Origin: a virus
Reading direction: 5' to 3' (one strand)
IMG/VR virus record: IMGVR_UViG_3300028198_000256
Span: 32,001-96,000 of that record
Length of the DNA: 64,000 bases
A model generated the notes under the pieces. The model was not told the DNA's origin. It did no database searches and worked only from the letters and a program-made list of their open reading frames with translations. Both the position numbers and the translations under genes were made by a program. This document shows, in pieces, positions 9,793 to 19,049 of this stretch (the stretch's first letter is position 1; every line of letters starts with the position of its first letter).

Positions 9793-10211
9793 GGGTTTTC
9801 ATATCTCCCTTCAATATGAGCTTTAAGATCTTCTTTATTATTATTAATTAATCCACTATTTTCGTCAATGCTTTTTTTATTATTCATAGACTCCGCATCA
9901 TATATAACCTTCTCTAATTTTAAAAGATGTATCATTTCATTTGGTACATATCTCCAAACATAATCACCATCATCCTTAATAATAGAAAATACTGTTTGTG
10001 TCAATCCTATCTTCACAATAATCGCATCTGAATCATCAACCTTTACTTTATCCCCTTCCCCAAATGACCTATTCAAGAAAAAGGAAATCCCTTTAGCAGC
10101 AGATGATAAAAAATCCTTTACCCATACCGCTATAATACCAGCCATTAAAACTTTAACAATTGGTATCATATCATTTGTTAAAGAACCAATCAACCTCGAT
10201 TCATCTATCAT
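9789..10211 (-). CDS. Mini MscS-like membrane protein
   Basis: TM helix followed by FGEGDKVKV...IVKIGLTQTVF...VPN, like the MscS middle beta-domain. Confidence 0.55.
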   Translation of the reverse strand: MIDESRLIGSLTNDMIPIVKVLMAGIIAVWVKDFLSSAAKGISFFLNRSFGEGDKVKVDDSDAIIVKIGLTQTVFSIIKDDGDYVWRYVPNEMIHLLKLEKVIYDAESMNNKKSIDENSGLINNNKEDLKAHIEGRYENP

Positions 10212-10228
10212 ATATTATTTCCCTATAA

Positions 10229-10447
10229 TTACCAGTTATTAACTGGACACGTAGCACGTTTCATTTTAGTTTTCATTTTAATAACACAACCACATTTACC
10301 ACATAATTTTACCTTAGCAATCGATGTCATTATATGTTCACATTTTGAACATATTTCAAGTCGTTTCGCAACAACCTCATCTGATGCAACTACATCCATA
10401 TAAATTTTCCAAGCATAGAACCAACCAATGCCCATAATATACAACAA
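10229..10447 (-). CDS. Small Cys-rich zinc-binding protein (DUF6171-like)
   Basis: RLEICSKC...CGKCGC...KTK...TCP..W. Confidence 0.6.
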   Translation of the reverse strand: MLYIMGIGWFYAWKIYMDVVASDEVVAKRLEICSKCEHIMTSIAKVKLCGKCGCVIKMKTKMKRATCPVNNW

Positions 10448-10639
10448 AATATAACACCTAATATAATACCAATGCCTTTAATTTTTTCCATATTATTCTT
10501 CATTATAATATACCCCACTCCATTAATGTTGGAACTAAAAATATCATAGTTGTCTGTACTGCAAAAGCAAATAAGACTATTAATACCAACTCACAAAAAA
10601 TTATTAATTTCTTCTTCATATATCCACCTCAAATAATCA

Positions 10640-11080
10640 TCAACGATTTAATATCATTGGTAATAACCCAAATAATGCACCACCAATAATACAAAATCCA
10701 ATACCCCATGCGAAAACCGTTATAATCAATTCGGTCCTCTCGGCCTTCTTTTTCGCAATCATAATACGTTCTCGTTCGCGTGATTTCTGTTGTTCACCTT
10801 CGAACCGCAAAAAATCGTCCCACATCATATGGCGAGTTCGGATCATCAATTCCTTCAGTTGTTCTCTTTTATTTTTCATTGACTCTTGTGCCATAAACAA
10901 CTCAAGGTCAGATTCTTGTTCAGAACCCTTTCTTGCCAACTTGGCTTTCTTATCTATTTCTCGTCCAGCATCTGAAAACTTTGATAAGTGATCACCTAAT
11001 TCAAAAATATCCTTACCATGTGATATACTTTCGGCAATCACACTAAATGCCGCATTCGCTATAGCCAACTCAGCTAACAT
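10640..11080 (-). CDS. Coiled-coil protein with C-terminal TM anchor
   Basis: MLAELAIANAAF start; hydrophobic C-terminus. Confidence 0.6.
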   Translation of the reverse strand: MLAELAIANAAFSVIAESISHGKDIFELGDHLSKFSDAGREIDKKAKLARKGSEQESDLELFMAQESMKNKREQLKELMIRTRHMMWDDFLRFEGEQQKSRERERIMIAKKKAERTELIITVFAWGIGFCIIGGALFGLLPMILNR

Positions 11081-11127
11081 ATTATCTCTCCTTTTATTAT
11101 TATTATCTATCCATGATAAAATATTAA

Positions 11128-11340
11128 CTATACATTCACATCAATATACTTCCCCTTTAATATATCCATATATGTCTGTATTTGTGCATCCTTAATCTTA
11201 TTTCTAAGAGAATTATCTACCGTTTTAGTATCTGATACATGCTTAACATCTGGTATAGTTCTTGAAACGACACCATTAACTACCTTATACTCATTAGGCA
11301 TACTTTGAAAATATACTTTAGAATCACCCTGTATATACAT
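11128..11340 (-). CDS. Hypothetical protein
   Basis: 70-aa ORF ending GKYIDVNV. Confidence 0.5.
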   Translation of the reverse strand: MYIQGDSKVYFQSMPNEYKVVNGVVSRTIPDVKHVSDTKTVDNSLRNKIKDAQIQTYMDILKGKYIDVNV

Positions 11341-11830
11341 CGTACTTCACCCTACCTAAAGAATCGTGATACGACACTAACGATTCACTACGATTAGAAT
11401 CTAAATTCCCCTTACACGATACGTGTATCCACCCAGAGTCATCATCACCTTCAGTATGAAACTCTAAAATCAATTGATCGAACTTACAATTAGTAATAAT
11501 CCAATCTGCAACAAGCTTATTACTAATACCCCTAACTTCTAAATCAACAGCCTCGCCTAAACAATGTTGTGACCTAGCAGAACCACCCACAACCTTATTT
11601 AATTGTTCTGACCTATATCCAGAATTAATTCTGGTTGGTCCAAATTCATCTCTAACCAATTGCACCACATTCTCAAAGAGATTAGTAATAATGGGTAATA
11701 ATGCCTCTGGTGGCTGATTATCTATATTATTACGTCTAGCAGTATATGACCGTGTATATTCGGACATACTAAAATTCTTAGTTATTTTCATACAACCCCC
11801 ATTAATAAAATATTGTTTGTTTATCCCCAC
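11324..11830 (-). CDS. Peptidase M15A family endolysin (true start probably MKITKNF)
   Basis: NFSMSE, INSGYRS..LN..VGG...SQHCLGEAVD, FDQLILE, WIHVS. Confidence 0.88.
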   Translation of the reverse strand: MGINKQYFINGGCMKITKNFSMSEYTRSYTARRNNIDNQPPEALLPIITNLFENVVQLVRDEFGPTRINSGYRSEQLNKVVGGSARSQHCLGEAVDLEVRGISNKLVADWIITNCKFDQLILEFHTEGDDDSGWIHVSCKGNLDSNRSESLVSYHDSLGRVKYDVYTG

Positions 11831-11979
11831 ACGTAACTATGCGATAAGAAACATCAGATAATGATACAAAACAAAATTCAGATACCATTACCATGAAAAT
11901 AAACAATACCACCATAAGAATGAAAGTGGCTATATATTGTGTTCTATATGTTCCCCATCGCATATCATGTTACTCCCTA

Positions 11980-12408
11980 CTAATTAATGTCAATAGTACG
12001 TCTTTTTTTACTTTCAGGAACAATACGCTCCAGATTAATAATTAACATACCATTCTCCATTAAAACATCAACTATCTCAATATCAACCGACAATGTAAAC
12101 TCTTTATTAAACAACCGTCTTGATATACCATGATGTAAATAATCAGTCATATCTGTCTTATGTTGTTGATCATTAGATTTTATTGTTAGTAATGAATCAT
12201 AATATTCAACTATAATATCGTCTTTTGCAAAACCAGCTAATGCCAATTCAATCTTATACTTATCCACATTCACCCTAACTATATTGTAAGGTGGATATTT
12301 AGAAAGAGCTTGAGAAGTAGACAACTCTTCTAACTGTTTCATTGCACGATCCATACCAATTGATATCTGTGAGTATGGAAATATAGATGGAAATTTTGTA
12401 TTTGTCAT
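11980..12408 (-). CDS. Small heat-shock protein Hsp20 (IbpA-like)
   Basis: YPPYNI, IELALAGF, YLHHGISRR.F, MENGMLII.L; AAGGAG Shine-Dalgarno before the ATG at 12408. Confidence 0.92.
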   Translation of the reverse strand: MTNTKFPSIFPYSQISIGMDRAMKQLEELSTSQALSKYPPYNIVRVNVDKYKIELALAGFAKDDIIVEYYDSLLTIKSNDQQHKTDMTDYLHHGISRRLFNKEFTLSVDIEIVDVLMENGMLIINLERIVPESKKRRTIDIN

Positions 12409-12440
12409 AATAGACTCCTTATAAAAAAGCAAGTTAAAAA

Positions 12441-12476
12441 AATGTGACCCCTTATGGCAATCACATTATATTTATA
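12441..12476 (-). promoter_or_regulatory. T4-type late promoter followed by a 5'-leader hairpin for hsp20
   Basis: TATAAATA at 12476-12469, then the stem-loop AATGTGATTGCC-ATAA-GGGGTCACATT. Confidence 0.7.
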
Positions 12477-12495
12477 ATATTATAAAATTATAATA

Positions 12496-12825
12496 TTATA
12501 ATAGTTCCTTCAATCCTTCCTGATTAGATTTACTCATCAACGGAATCCAATCCTTCATATCTTCAAGTAATTCTAAATTCTCAAAATGCCAAGTGGTGTG
12601 TGAACCATCTTCAAAAAATAAAACACGAACCATAACATCATCTTCAGATGTAACCATACCAACTACACCATATTTAGAATCAGATTCATGAACAGGAGTT
12701 ACTAAAGCACCAACATTACCATTACCAACAACTTCAAAATCTAATTCAGGAACTGTCAAAACAGGCACCTTTGTTTCTACCTTCTCTATCTCTAATTTAA
12801 ATCCAAACCAATCAAATAATTTCAT
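12496..12825 (-). CDS. Hypothetical protein (SH3-like)
   Basis: 109-aa ORF. Confidence 0.5.
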   Translation of the reverse strand: MKLFDWFGFKLEIEKVETKVPVLTVPELDFEVVGNGNVGALVTPVHESDSKYGVVGMVTSEDDVMVRVLFFEDGSHTTWHFENLELLEDMKDWIPLMSKSNQEGLKELL

Positions 12826-13019
12826 TATTATACACCAAATCTAATTGTAAACGTAACAATCATATACAAAATAAAAATAAACATAAACAACAAAGTCCAA
12901 TATATTTTATACATGAATATACAACACATATATTAAAAAAAATGGGAAAAGTGTAACAATTAATACATACAACTTATATATCATTACCTTTTCCCATAAA
13001 CACACCCTCGGAGAAAACC

Positions 13020-14174
13020 TTATCCTACTTCTAAATTAGTATTAAATGGAGCATTAACTTCTTCTACATCATCAGTAGTACTTGATGCATCAAACTTAGT
13101 ATACAATTCCATGAAAGTATTTTTGGTATCTTCATCAAATCGTGAAATGGCTAAGTTAATAGACTTCATACGATCTTCAAAAATTGCATATGTCTGAACA
13201 ATATGTCCTAAACGACGAGTTGAAATAACATCATCAACACCATCATCATAAAACGTCTTACGAATACCATCTGCCCATGACACCAACAGTTTAGCAAACT
13301 CTACATCAACCTTACCAAACGCCTTCATGTGGTTCATTAAAATCTTTTCTTCAGTAACAACTGGAGCAAATGGTTGTTCTACTGTAATCGTGAATCGTTC
13401 AAGAAACGCCTCATCAATAATTGTAGCAGCAGAGAACTTACCAGATTCAGAACCTTGACCCTTTGTGTTTGCAGTAGCAATCACATTAAAACCACGTTTC
13501 GGTTCAATCAATTCACCAGTTTTCTTAATAACAATGGGTTTACCCTCAAGAACACCTTGAAGAGCCATAATCTTATTAGAACCACGGTCAATCTCATCAA
13601 TCAAGAGAATGGCACCAAGTTCCATAGCCTTTACTACTGGACCTTTTTCAAAAACAGTATCACCATTAACCAGACGGAAACCACCAATCAAATCATCTTG
13701 ATCTGTTTCTGGTGAAATCTGAACACGAATGAATTCACGTTTAGCATTAGCAGCAGCCTGTTCTACCATCATAGTTTTACCATTACCAGACAAACCAGTA
13801 ACAAAGATAGGATAGAAAAACTTTGATTTAATAATCTTCAATATGTCTTTATAAGCACCCCACTTAACAAAGTTAGGATCTACTTGTGGAACATATGACG
13901 TTTTAAATACAGGTAATGGTGGTTGTTGAACACGTTCAACAACTGGTTCAGGACCAACAGTATTAACAGGCAATACTGGTTCACGTTTTAATGGAACCAC
14001 CACACCAGTAATATTATAAACACCATGACTAACCTTATCCAATCCTTTATTAACACCTTGTCCGTTAGCATAACCAATTTTTAATGCAGCCTCGGACAAT
14101 TCCTTTAATGTATATTCATTTTTCTCTGGGTTTTCTGATAAAAGATAATCTTTTACCTTTTCAACTTTATTCAT
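13020..14174 (-). CDS. MoxR/CobS-like AAA+ ATPase of T4-like phages
   Basis: Walker A GLSGNGKT, DLIGGFRL, Walker B LLIDEID, ATANTKG, AFLERF, ISTRRL. Confidence 0.9.
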   Translation of the reverse strand: MNKVEKVKDYLLSENPEKNEYTLKELSEAALKIGYANGQGVNKGLDKVSHGVYNITGVVVPLKREPVLPVNTVGPEPVVERVQQPPLPVFKTSYVPQVDPNFVKWGAYKDILKIIKSKFFYPIFVTGLSGNGKTMMVEQAAANAKREFIRVQISPETDQDDLIGGFRLVNGDTVFEKGPVVKAMELGAILLIDEIDRGSNKIMALQGVLEGKPIVIKKTGELIEPKRGFNVIATANTKGQGSESGKFSAATIIDEAFLERFTITVEQPFAPVVTEEKILMNHMKAFGKVDVEFAKLLVSWADGIRKTFYDDGVDDVISTRRLGHIVQTYAIFEDRMKSINLAISRFDEDTKNTFMELYTKFDASSTTDDVEEVNAPFNTNLEVG

Positions 14175-14350
14175 AATATACCTTTTTTATTTAATTTGTT
14201 TCTCAATTTCTGAATCTTCTAATGGAATTTCAGTAACGGTAGGGTCAGATGACGAATCATCCGCAAACCAACTGGTATATTCTTCATTAATCTCTTCAGC
14301 AGTAATAAACTCATCAAAATCAAACATTTCTTTCACCTTTCATAATTAAA

Positions 14351-14420
14351 CACAATAACCCCAACCTTCATATGTATTGTCTCATACTTTGATATAAAAG
14401 TCAAGCTTTATTTTACTTTA
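14351..14420 (-). promoter_or_regulatory. Early promoter/leader cassette copy
   Basis: TTGACT(14404-14399)-17-GACAAT(14381-14376), followed by GTTGGGGTTATTG. Confidence 0.75.
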
Positions 14421-14640
14421 TTTCATCCATTTTTTCAATCTCTTGTTTAATCCAAATTAAAGCAAGATGTTCAGTATTTTCAATAAACGCCTCATCCGAA
14501 ACAGGAGAAGGCAACACAGACACCATCCATTTTATCTTATCATATGCAGACATAAGCATATCATCTGAAATGGTGAATTTAGACTTCTGTTTTCGTTCAG
14601 TCTTAATAATTTTAAGTACAGTTTCCATTGGTATAATCAT
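14413..14640 (-). CDS. Hypothetical protein
   Basis: 75-aa ORF in the early region. Confidence 0.5.
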   Translation of the reverse strand: MIIPMETVLKIIKTERKQKSKFTISDDMLMSAYDKIKWMVSVLPSPVSDEAFIENTEHLALIWIKQEIEKMDEIK

Positions 14641-14758
14641 AATAGATCCTATAATGTTAAGTATAATTCATTAACGTAAGCCACCCTAAGTAATACAATT
14701 ACCGCAGTAACAGTTATTAATTTAGTAACCAACACCTCTATAATCACAAGTAATCTTT

Positions 14759-15064
14759 TCATCTCATCTCTTCTCTATAATTATTTTTAGCATATAACAC
14801 ATCAGGATAAACATCAGCAACATCATCTACCATAGTATCATCATATGGTTCATCATCAGTTAAACCCATCTCATATAGACTCTGTTCAAATGCATCCAGA
14901 TCAATAACTTCCTTTGGATTATAAACCCTTAATCGTGCAATGAAATTCCTTTTAATCAAGTCAGTAGTAGATACTTGACGATAATGATTTGCCGCAGCAT
15001 CCTTCATCAACATTTTCAATTCATTTTGTATTTCGTAATTATTCATAATATAGGTTTCTCTCAA
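14759..15064 (-). CDS. Hypothetical protein
   Basis: Likely start at MNNYE. Confidence 0.5.
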   Translation of the reverse strand: MRETYIMNNYEIQNELKMLMKDAAANHYRQVSTTDLIKRNFIARLRVYNPKEVIDLDAFEQSLYEMGLTDDEPYDDTMVDDVADVYPDVLYAKNNYREEMR

Positions 15065-15240
15065 TTAATGTAAAACTTTCTTTGTTTTAACATTGGTGGA
15101 TAATAATGAACGATTTTGTTCATATTCATTAGCTAGTGCAGAATACACTCTATCCCATTCATTAGGGGTAACATCATTTAAACGTCGTTTAGTATTTGAT
15201 TCAAGTGTAACTAACTTTAATTGATTTTTCATTTTAATCC

Positions 15241-15513
15241 TTATTTAGTAGTATTTTTCCAAACTAATTGACTAAAAACAGTAACATTGTCTTTTTTAAC
15301 ACGGAGGGTTAATGGTAAAAATGGGTCAGCAACCATATAATATGTAATCTTTACCCATAACCATTTTAGATCTAATTTCTCATTCTTATTCCACTCATTA
15401 CGAATCGCAATAAGTTTCTCTTTAACAATTTGAGCTTCTGGTATAGAATTATAGGTCATTACAACCTTTCTTTCAGAAACAAACTCAACAACAATACTCA
15501 TAATAAACTCCAA
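15241..15513 (-). CDS. Hypothetical early protein (true start probably ATG 15501)
   Basis: Directly downstream of the cassette GGAG SD. Confidence 0.55.
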   Translation of the reverse strand: MEFIMSIVVEFVSERKVVMTYNSIPEAQIVKEKLIAIRNEWNKNEKLDLKWLWVKITYYMVADPFLPLTLRVKKDNVTVFSQLVWKNTTK

Positions 15514-15595
15514 AAAATAAACTCAATAACCCCAACTCACAGTAATATTATCTCATACTTTTATATAAATGTCAAGCTTTATTTTCATTTATTTT
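15499..15595 (-). repeat. Early promoter + leader + SD cassette (dispersed repeat)
   Basis: TTGACA(15575-15570)-17-GATAAT(15552-15547)-ATTACTGTGAGTTGGGGTTATTGAGTTTATTTTTTGGAG; near-identical copies at about 16160, 18150 and 18670. Confidence 0.9.
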
Positions 15596-15963
15596 CAAAA
15601 ACCTGTCCATTGTATAACATCAGGCATATTAGTAAGAACATTACCACGATCAAAATTACGTGCCGGTGATGACCATGATGCAGCTTTAAGGAGATCTCCA
15701 TAAGCAAACTTCTTATCTTTTTTGGATATCACAATAAATCCCTTTACGGAACCGTTGTGTATCAATTTAACATAGTTTCTTCCTATCTTAAATTCGGTGT
15801 CAACCTTGTATTCATCATACCAATGCACCCACACCTTGTCTTTATTATGGGCATATTGGGCAATTTTTTGTGCTCTTTGTGCCCAATTGGCATAATCAGA
15901 TGCCATCTTATTAAGAACATTCTCAATTACTTCTCTATTCACTTCACTCATAATATACTCCAT
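15595..15963 (-). CDS. Conserved hypothetical phage protein
   Basis: GRNYVKL...GSVKGFI...GDLLKAASWSSPARNF.RGNV motif, common in large phages. Confidence 0.7.
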   Translation of the reverse strand: MEYIMSEVNREVIENVLNKMASDYANWAQRAQKIAQYAHNKDKVWVHWYDEYKVDTEFKIGRNYVKLIHNGSVKGFIVISKKDKKFAYGDLLKAASWSSPARNFDRGNVLTNMPDVIQWTGF

Positions 15964-15966
15964 AAT

Positions 15967-16173
15967 TTAATAGTCAAGGGAAGAGTAATAAGCATCTAAA
16001 GCATACCAATATAAATCATTATCAAGAATCTCAATTTCCTCTTCCTTCATCTCCCTGACAATATCCTTAGCTACATCTAACTCTAAGTAAACATTATCTT
16101 CCTTTTCCAATCTCTCAATAACCCTTTTGATAACAATCAGATCACCTTTATCTATAATCATAATAAACTCCAA
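15967..16173 (-). CDS. Hypothetical acidic early protein
   Basis: Downstream of the cassette SD. Confidence 0.55.
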   Translation of the reverse strand: MEFIMIIDKGDLIVIKRVIERLEKEDNVYLELDVAKDIVREMKEEEIEILDNDLYWYALDAYYSSLDY

Positions 16174-16254
16174 AAATTAAACTCAATAACCCCAACCACA
16201 GTACTATTGTCTCATACTATGGTTATAAAGTCAAGGCTTATTTTCATTTATTTC
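16159..16254 (-). repeat. Early promoter + leader + SD cassette copy
   Basis: TTGACT(16234-16229)-17-GACAAT(16211-16206) plus the conserved leader. Confidence 0.85.
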
Positions 16255-17187
16255 TCATAAAAAATCATCCAATGTTGATGTTTTCAATCTTTGTTCTGCA
16301 ATCTCAACATATTCAGGGGAAAGTTCACATCCAATATATTTTTTACCTAGAGATTTACTAACTATAGCGGTAGTTCCAGACCCCATAAATGGGTCTAAAA
16401 CAATTCCGTTTGGTGGACATGTAGTTGAAATTGGAGTTTTTATTAAATCCTGTGGGTATACAGCAAAATGTGCCCCCCTATATGATGTCGTTGCAATATC
16501 CCAAACACTGAACATTGGTCTTGTCGGGCATTTACCAGAATCTATTAATTCTTGATAATCAAAATCCTTTTTTATGTTTAAAGTTTCTCTCATTTTAGTA
16601 TAATGTTTATCTTGATTATCAGAAGATAAACTATACCCCTCTTTTACAGAAGCCTTAGCATCTTTTCGTTTATCTAAATTATTATCACTAAACATTCTAC
16701 GAACACTTACCTCAGCTTGGGGAATCACCATTTTACTTCTATCAAAATAATATCCCTTTAAGTTTTTTACAAACCAAAATATTTTTTCATGATTTGACCA
16801 AAATCTATCTTTTGCTGAGATTGGTTGTGGGTTAGGTTTACTCCAAATTATTTCATTACGAAGATACCAACCACGATCCGACATTGCAATTTCAAATCTT
16901 GACGGAACCTGTAAAAGTTTTTTATTATTATAAGTATCTCCAATATTCACCCAACAAGACCCAGTAGGTTTTAGCACACGATAAACTTCGTCAAATACGT
17001 TACACAAATTTTCAACAAATTCTGTTACGGAATCTTCTATGCCTATCTGTTTTTTGTTTTTATAATCACGGAGATTATAATAGGGCGGAGAGGTGATACA
17101 CATATCTACTGAATTATCTGGCAGTTTTCGCAATGATTCTATATTATCTCCAATGTGGATTATTCCAGTTTCTAGTAAATTTGTCAA
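16255..17187 (-). CDS. DNA methyltransferase, N4-C/N6-A beta class
   Basis: TSPPYY catalytic motif before the DPFMGSGTT SAM motif; ends STLDDFL. Confidence 0.92.
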   Translation of the reverse strand: MTNLLETGIIHIGDNIESLRKLPDNSVDMCITSPPYYNLRDYKNKKQIGIEDSVTEFVENLCNVFDEVYRVLKPTGSCWVNIGDTYNNKKLLQVPSRFEIAMSDRGWYLRNEIIWSKPNPQPISAKDRFWSNHEKIFWFVKNLKGYYFDRSKMVIPQAEVSVRRMFSDNNLDKRKDAKASVKEGYSLSSDNQDKHYTKMRETLNIKKDFDYQELIDSGKCPTRPMFSVWDIATTSYRGAHFAVYPQDLIKTPISTTCPPNGIVLDPFMGSGTTAIVSKSLGKKYIGCELSPEYVEIAEQRLKTSTLDDFL

Positions 17188-17723
17188 ATTTCTTCTCCAA
17201 CTGCAACCAACTTGAACTTTTCATATGGGAACAACTTGTCGAATCTATTTTGAGTGATTCCACCACCCTTACTAAAAGTTCCCAACGATCTGGGAAAATT
17301 CTTTCGTTTAGCTTCCTTCCACATATCATAGATCAATGATGATGGAATTTCAAAAACTCTAAAGTCGGGAAACTTTCGTAAATCAAAAATAACATAGGAA
17401 TCAATAGCCTCCATTTTTGATTCCGTTTCCTCATGAATAATCGCCACAGCTCTATCACCACGACCAACACCTGTGGTGGTCGATGGACCAAAATGTGCAG
17501 AAACTTTCCACATATTTCTAACTTCAATTAATTTGTATTTGTAATGAGGGGCAACAACATCCCACTTTTTCTGTTCTTTACCCATTCTCTTACCTTTAAC
17601 ATATTTGGCAGTTTTATTTTCCGACCACCCAGAAAGAGTCACACCAGATAGAGATTCTGTGTATTCTTTCACCGACATATCATCTAATTTAGCATGAGAT
17701 TCAACAGGATATCTTTCTTTCAT
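17184..17723 (-). CDS. Hypothetical protein, possible nuclease coupled to the MTase
   Basis: ATGA overlap with the MTase; WD-x9-IEVR pattern. Confidence 0.4.
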   Translation of the reverse strand: MKERYPVESHAKLDDMSVKEYTESLSGVTLSGWSENKTAKYVKGKRMGKEQKKWDVVAPHYKYKLIEVRNMWKVSAHFGPSTTTGVGRGDRAVAIIHEETESKMEAIDSYVIFDLRKFPDFRVFEIPSSLIYDMWKEAKRKNFPRSLGTFSKGGGITQNRFDKLFPYEKFKLVAVGEEI

Positions 17724-17743
17724 ATTTACCTCTAATTATAATT

Positions 17744-18127
17744 TTAAATTAACTCGTATGGTTTTTCCCAAGTTCCTATCTGCAAATCAATATAAAATGC
17801 AGTATGAAAATAGTCAGTCATAATGTCAGAATCATCAAACCAAGCTTCTCCATTCTCTGCATTGGCAGGTGCAGTCTTAATAATTTCAAGAATTTTATTC
17901 AGAACCTTTGCGGGTTTCTTTGACCAATGTTTATCAATAAAGTATTGATTAACTCCTTCATATTTCTCAGTAGGATCACGGAATTCAGAACGAAAGTCAA
18001 GATCAGACTTCAATATATTAACCGATACGGAATGTTGTCGTTTACGAACAGAAAATTTATACTTTGGGAATTCTTTCTTTAACTCTTTACGAATCTCTCT
18101 AACTTCTTCAGCACTTATATATGCCAT
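17744..18127 (-). CDS. LPD29-like (polyvalent-protein-associated) early protein
   Basis: IRKELKKEFPKYKFSVR...DSDIMTDYFH. Confidence 0.65.
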   Translation of the reverse strand: MAYISAEEVREIRKELKKEFPKYKFSVRKRQHSVSVNILKSDLDFRSEFRDPTEKYEGVNQYFIDKHWSKKPAKVLNKILEIIKTAPANAENGEAWFDDSDIMTDYFHTAFYIDLQIGTWEKPYELI

Positions 18128-18149
18128 CTAACTTCTCCAATAATAAAAA

Positions 18150-18222
18150 TAAATAACCCCAACTCACAGTAATATTATCTCATACTTTTATATAAATGTC
18201 AAGAACTATTTTCATTTATTTT
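18150..18222 (-). repeat. Early promoter/leader cassette copy
   Basis: TTGACA(18202-18197)-17-GATAAT(18179-18174). Confidence 0.88.
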
Positions 18223-18556
18223 AATACCGTGATGGTTTTTCAGGCCAAAAAACAGTTTCAGTCGGTTGACCAGTTGCCAACTCTTCTTCATAAATTTCAT
18301 TGGGTAAGTCTCTCAATTCTTGTCTATACTCCATCCATTCATTTAAATATTCATGAACAGATGAATATCTCGCATAAGGATCACGAAATTTAGCATCATC
18401 CTTATCTCTAATATGAATCTCATTATCTGTATATGTCTTACCAAGCACCGTATATGGACGTGGTAATTTAACACTTACATCTACGCCAATCCAATCACTT
18501 TCTTCCAATAATTCATCACGTTTTTTTCTCAATTCAATCATATCCATAACAACCAC
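18221..18556 (-). CDS. Phage tail-fibre assembly chaperone-like protein
   Basis: LRKKRDELLEESDW...WMEYRQELRDLP...WPEKP. Confidence 0.7.
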   Translation of the reverse strand: MVVMDMIELRKKRDELLEESDWIGVDVSVKLPRPYTVLGKTYTDNEIHIRDKDDAKFRDPYARYSSVHEYLNEWMEYRQELRDLPNEIYEEELATGQPTETVFWPEKPSRY

Positions 18557-18667
18557 CTATTAACTTAAAATATTAACTACTAATGCAACTGAAGCACCAA
18601 TAGACCATAGTGTTAACAATTCATAATCAACAACAACCTCAACTCTACCATCAATCAATCGTACCAA

Positions 18668-18750
18668 CATAATATACTCCAAAAAATAAACTCAATAACC
18701 CCAACTCACAGTAATATTATCTCATACTTTTGTATAAATGTCAAGATTTA
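18668..18750 (-). repeat. Early promoter + leader + SD cassette copy
   Basis: TTGACA(18744-18739)-17-GATAAT(18721-18716); almost identical to the 15499-15595 copy. Confidence 0.88.
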
Positions 18751-19049
18751 TTTGTATATATATTATAAAATATATACAATGCAAAGACAACCATAATAGG
18801 GAATAACAATATATAACTAACGGCTTCTAAAAATGTCATTTCTGATACAAATAAAACCAAAATCTCCCAATTAGTCTTATCAGGCATTATTCTCATTAGG
18901 AATTCTGAATATAATACCCCAAAACCCACCATACTATGAAAGGTAATGTGATTATAAAATGGGATAAAAATGTAGTCTTATTACACCTTAAAATATATAA
19001 CATAGGTTTCTTCATATCACACCTCTTACATACCATTTTTCTAATGCCA

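Noticed and set aside
13020-14174. Cobalamin biosynthesis role for the CobS-like gene
   Set aside because: It is the MoxR-type ATPase widespread in T4-like phages, and no other cob genes are present.
14351-18750. Dispersed repeats as a CRISPR array
   Set aside because: Spacing is 0.5-2 kb with whole genes between copies, and the repeats contain -35/-10/SD elements.
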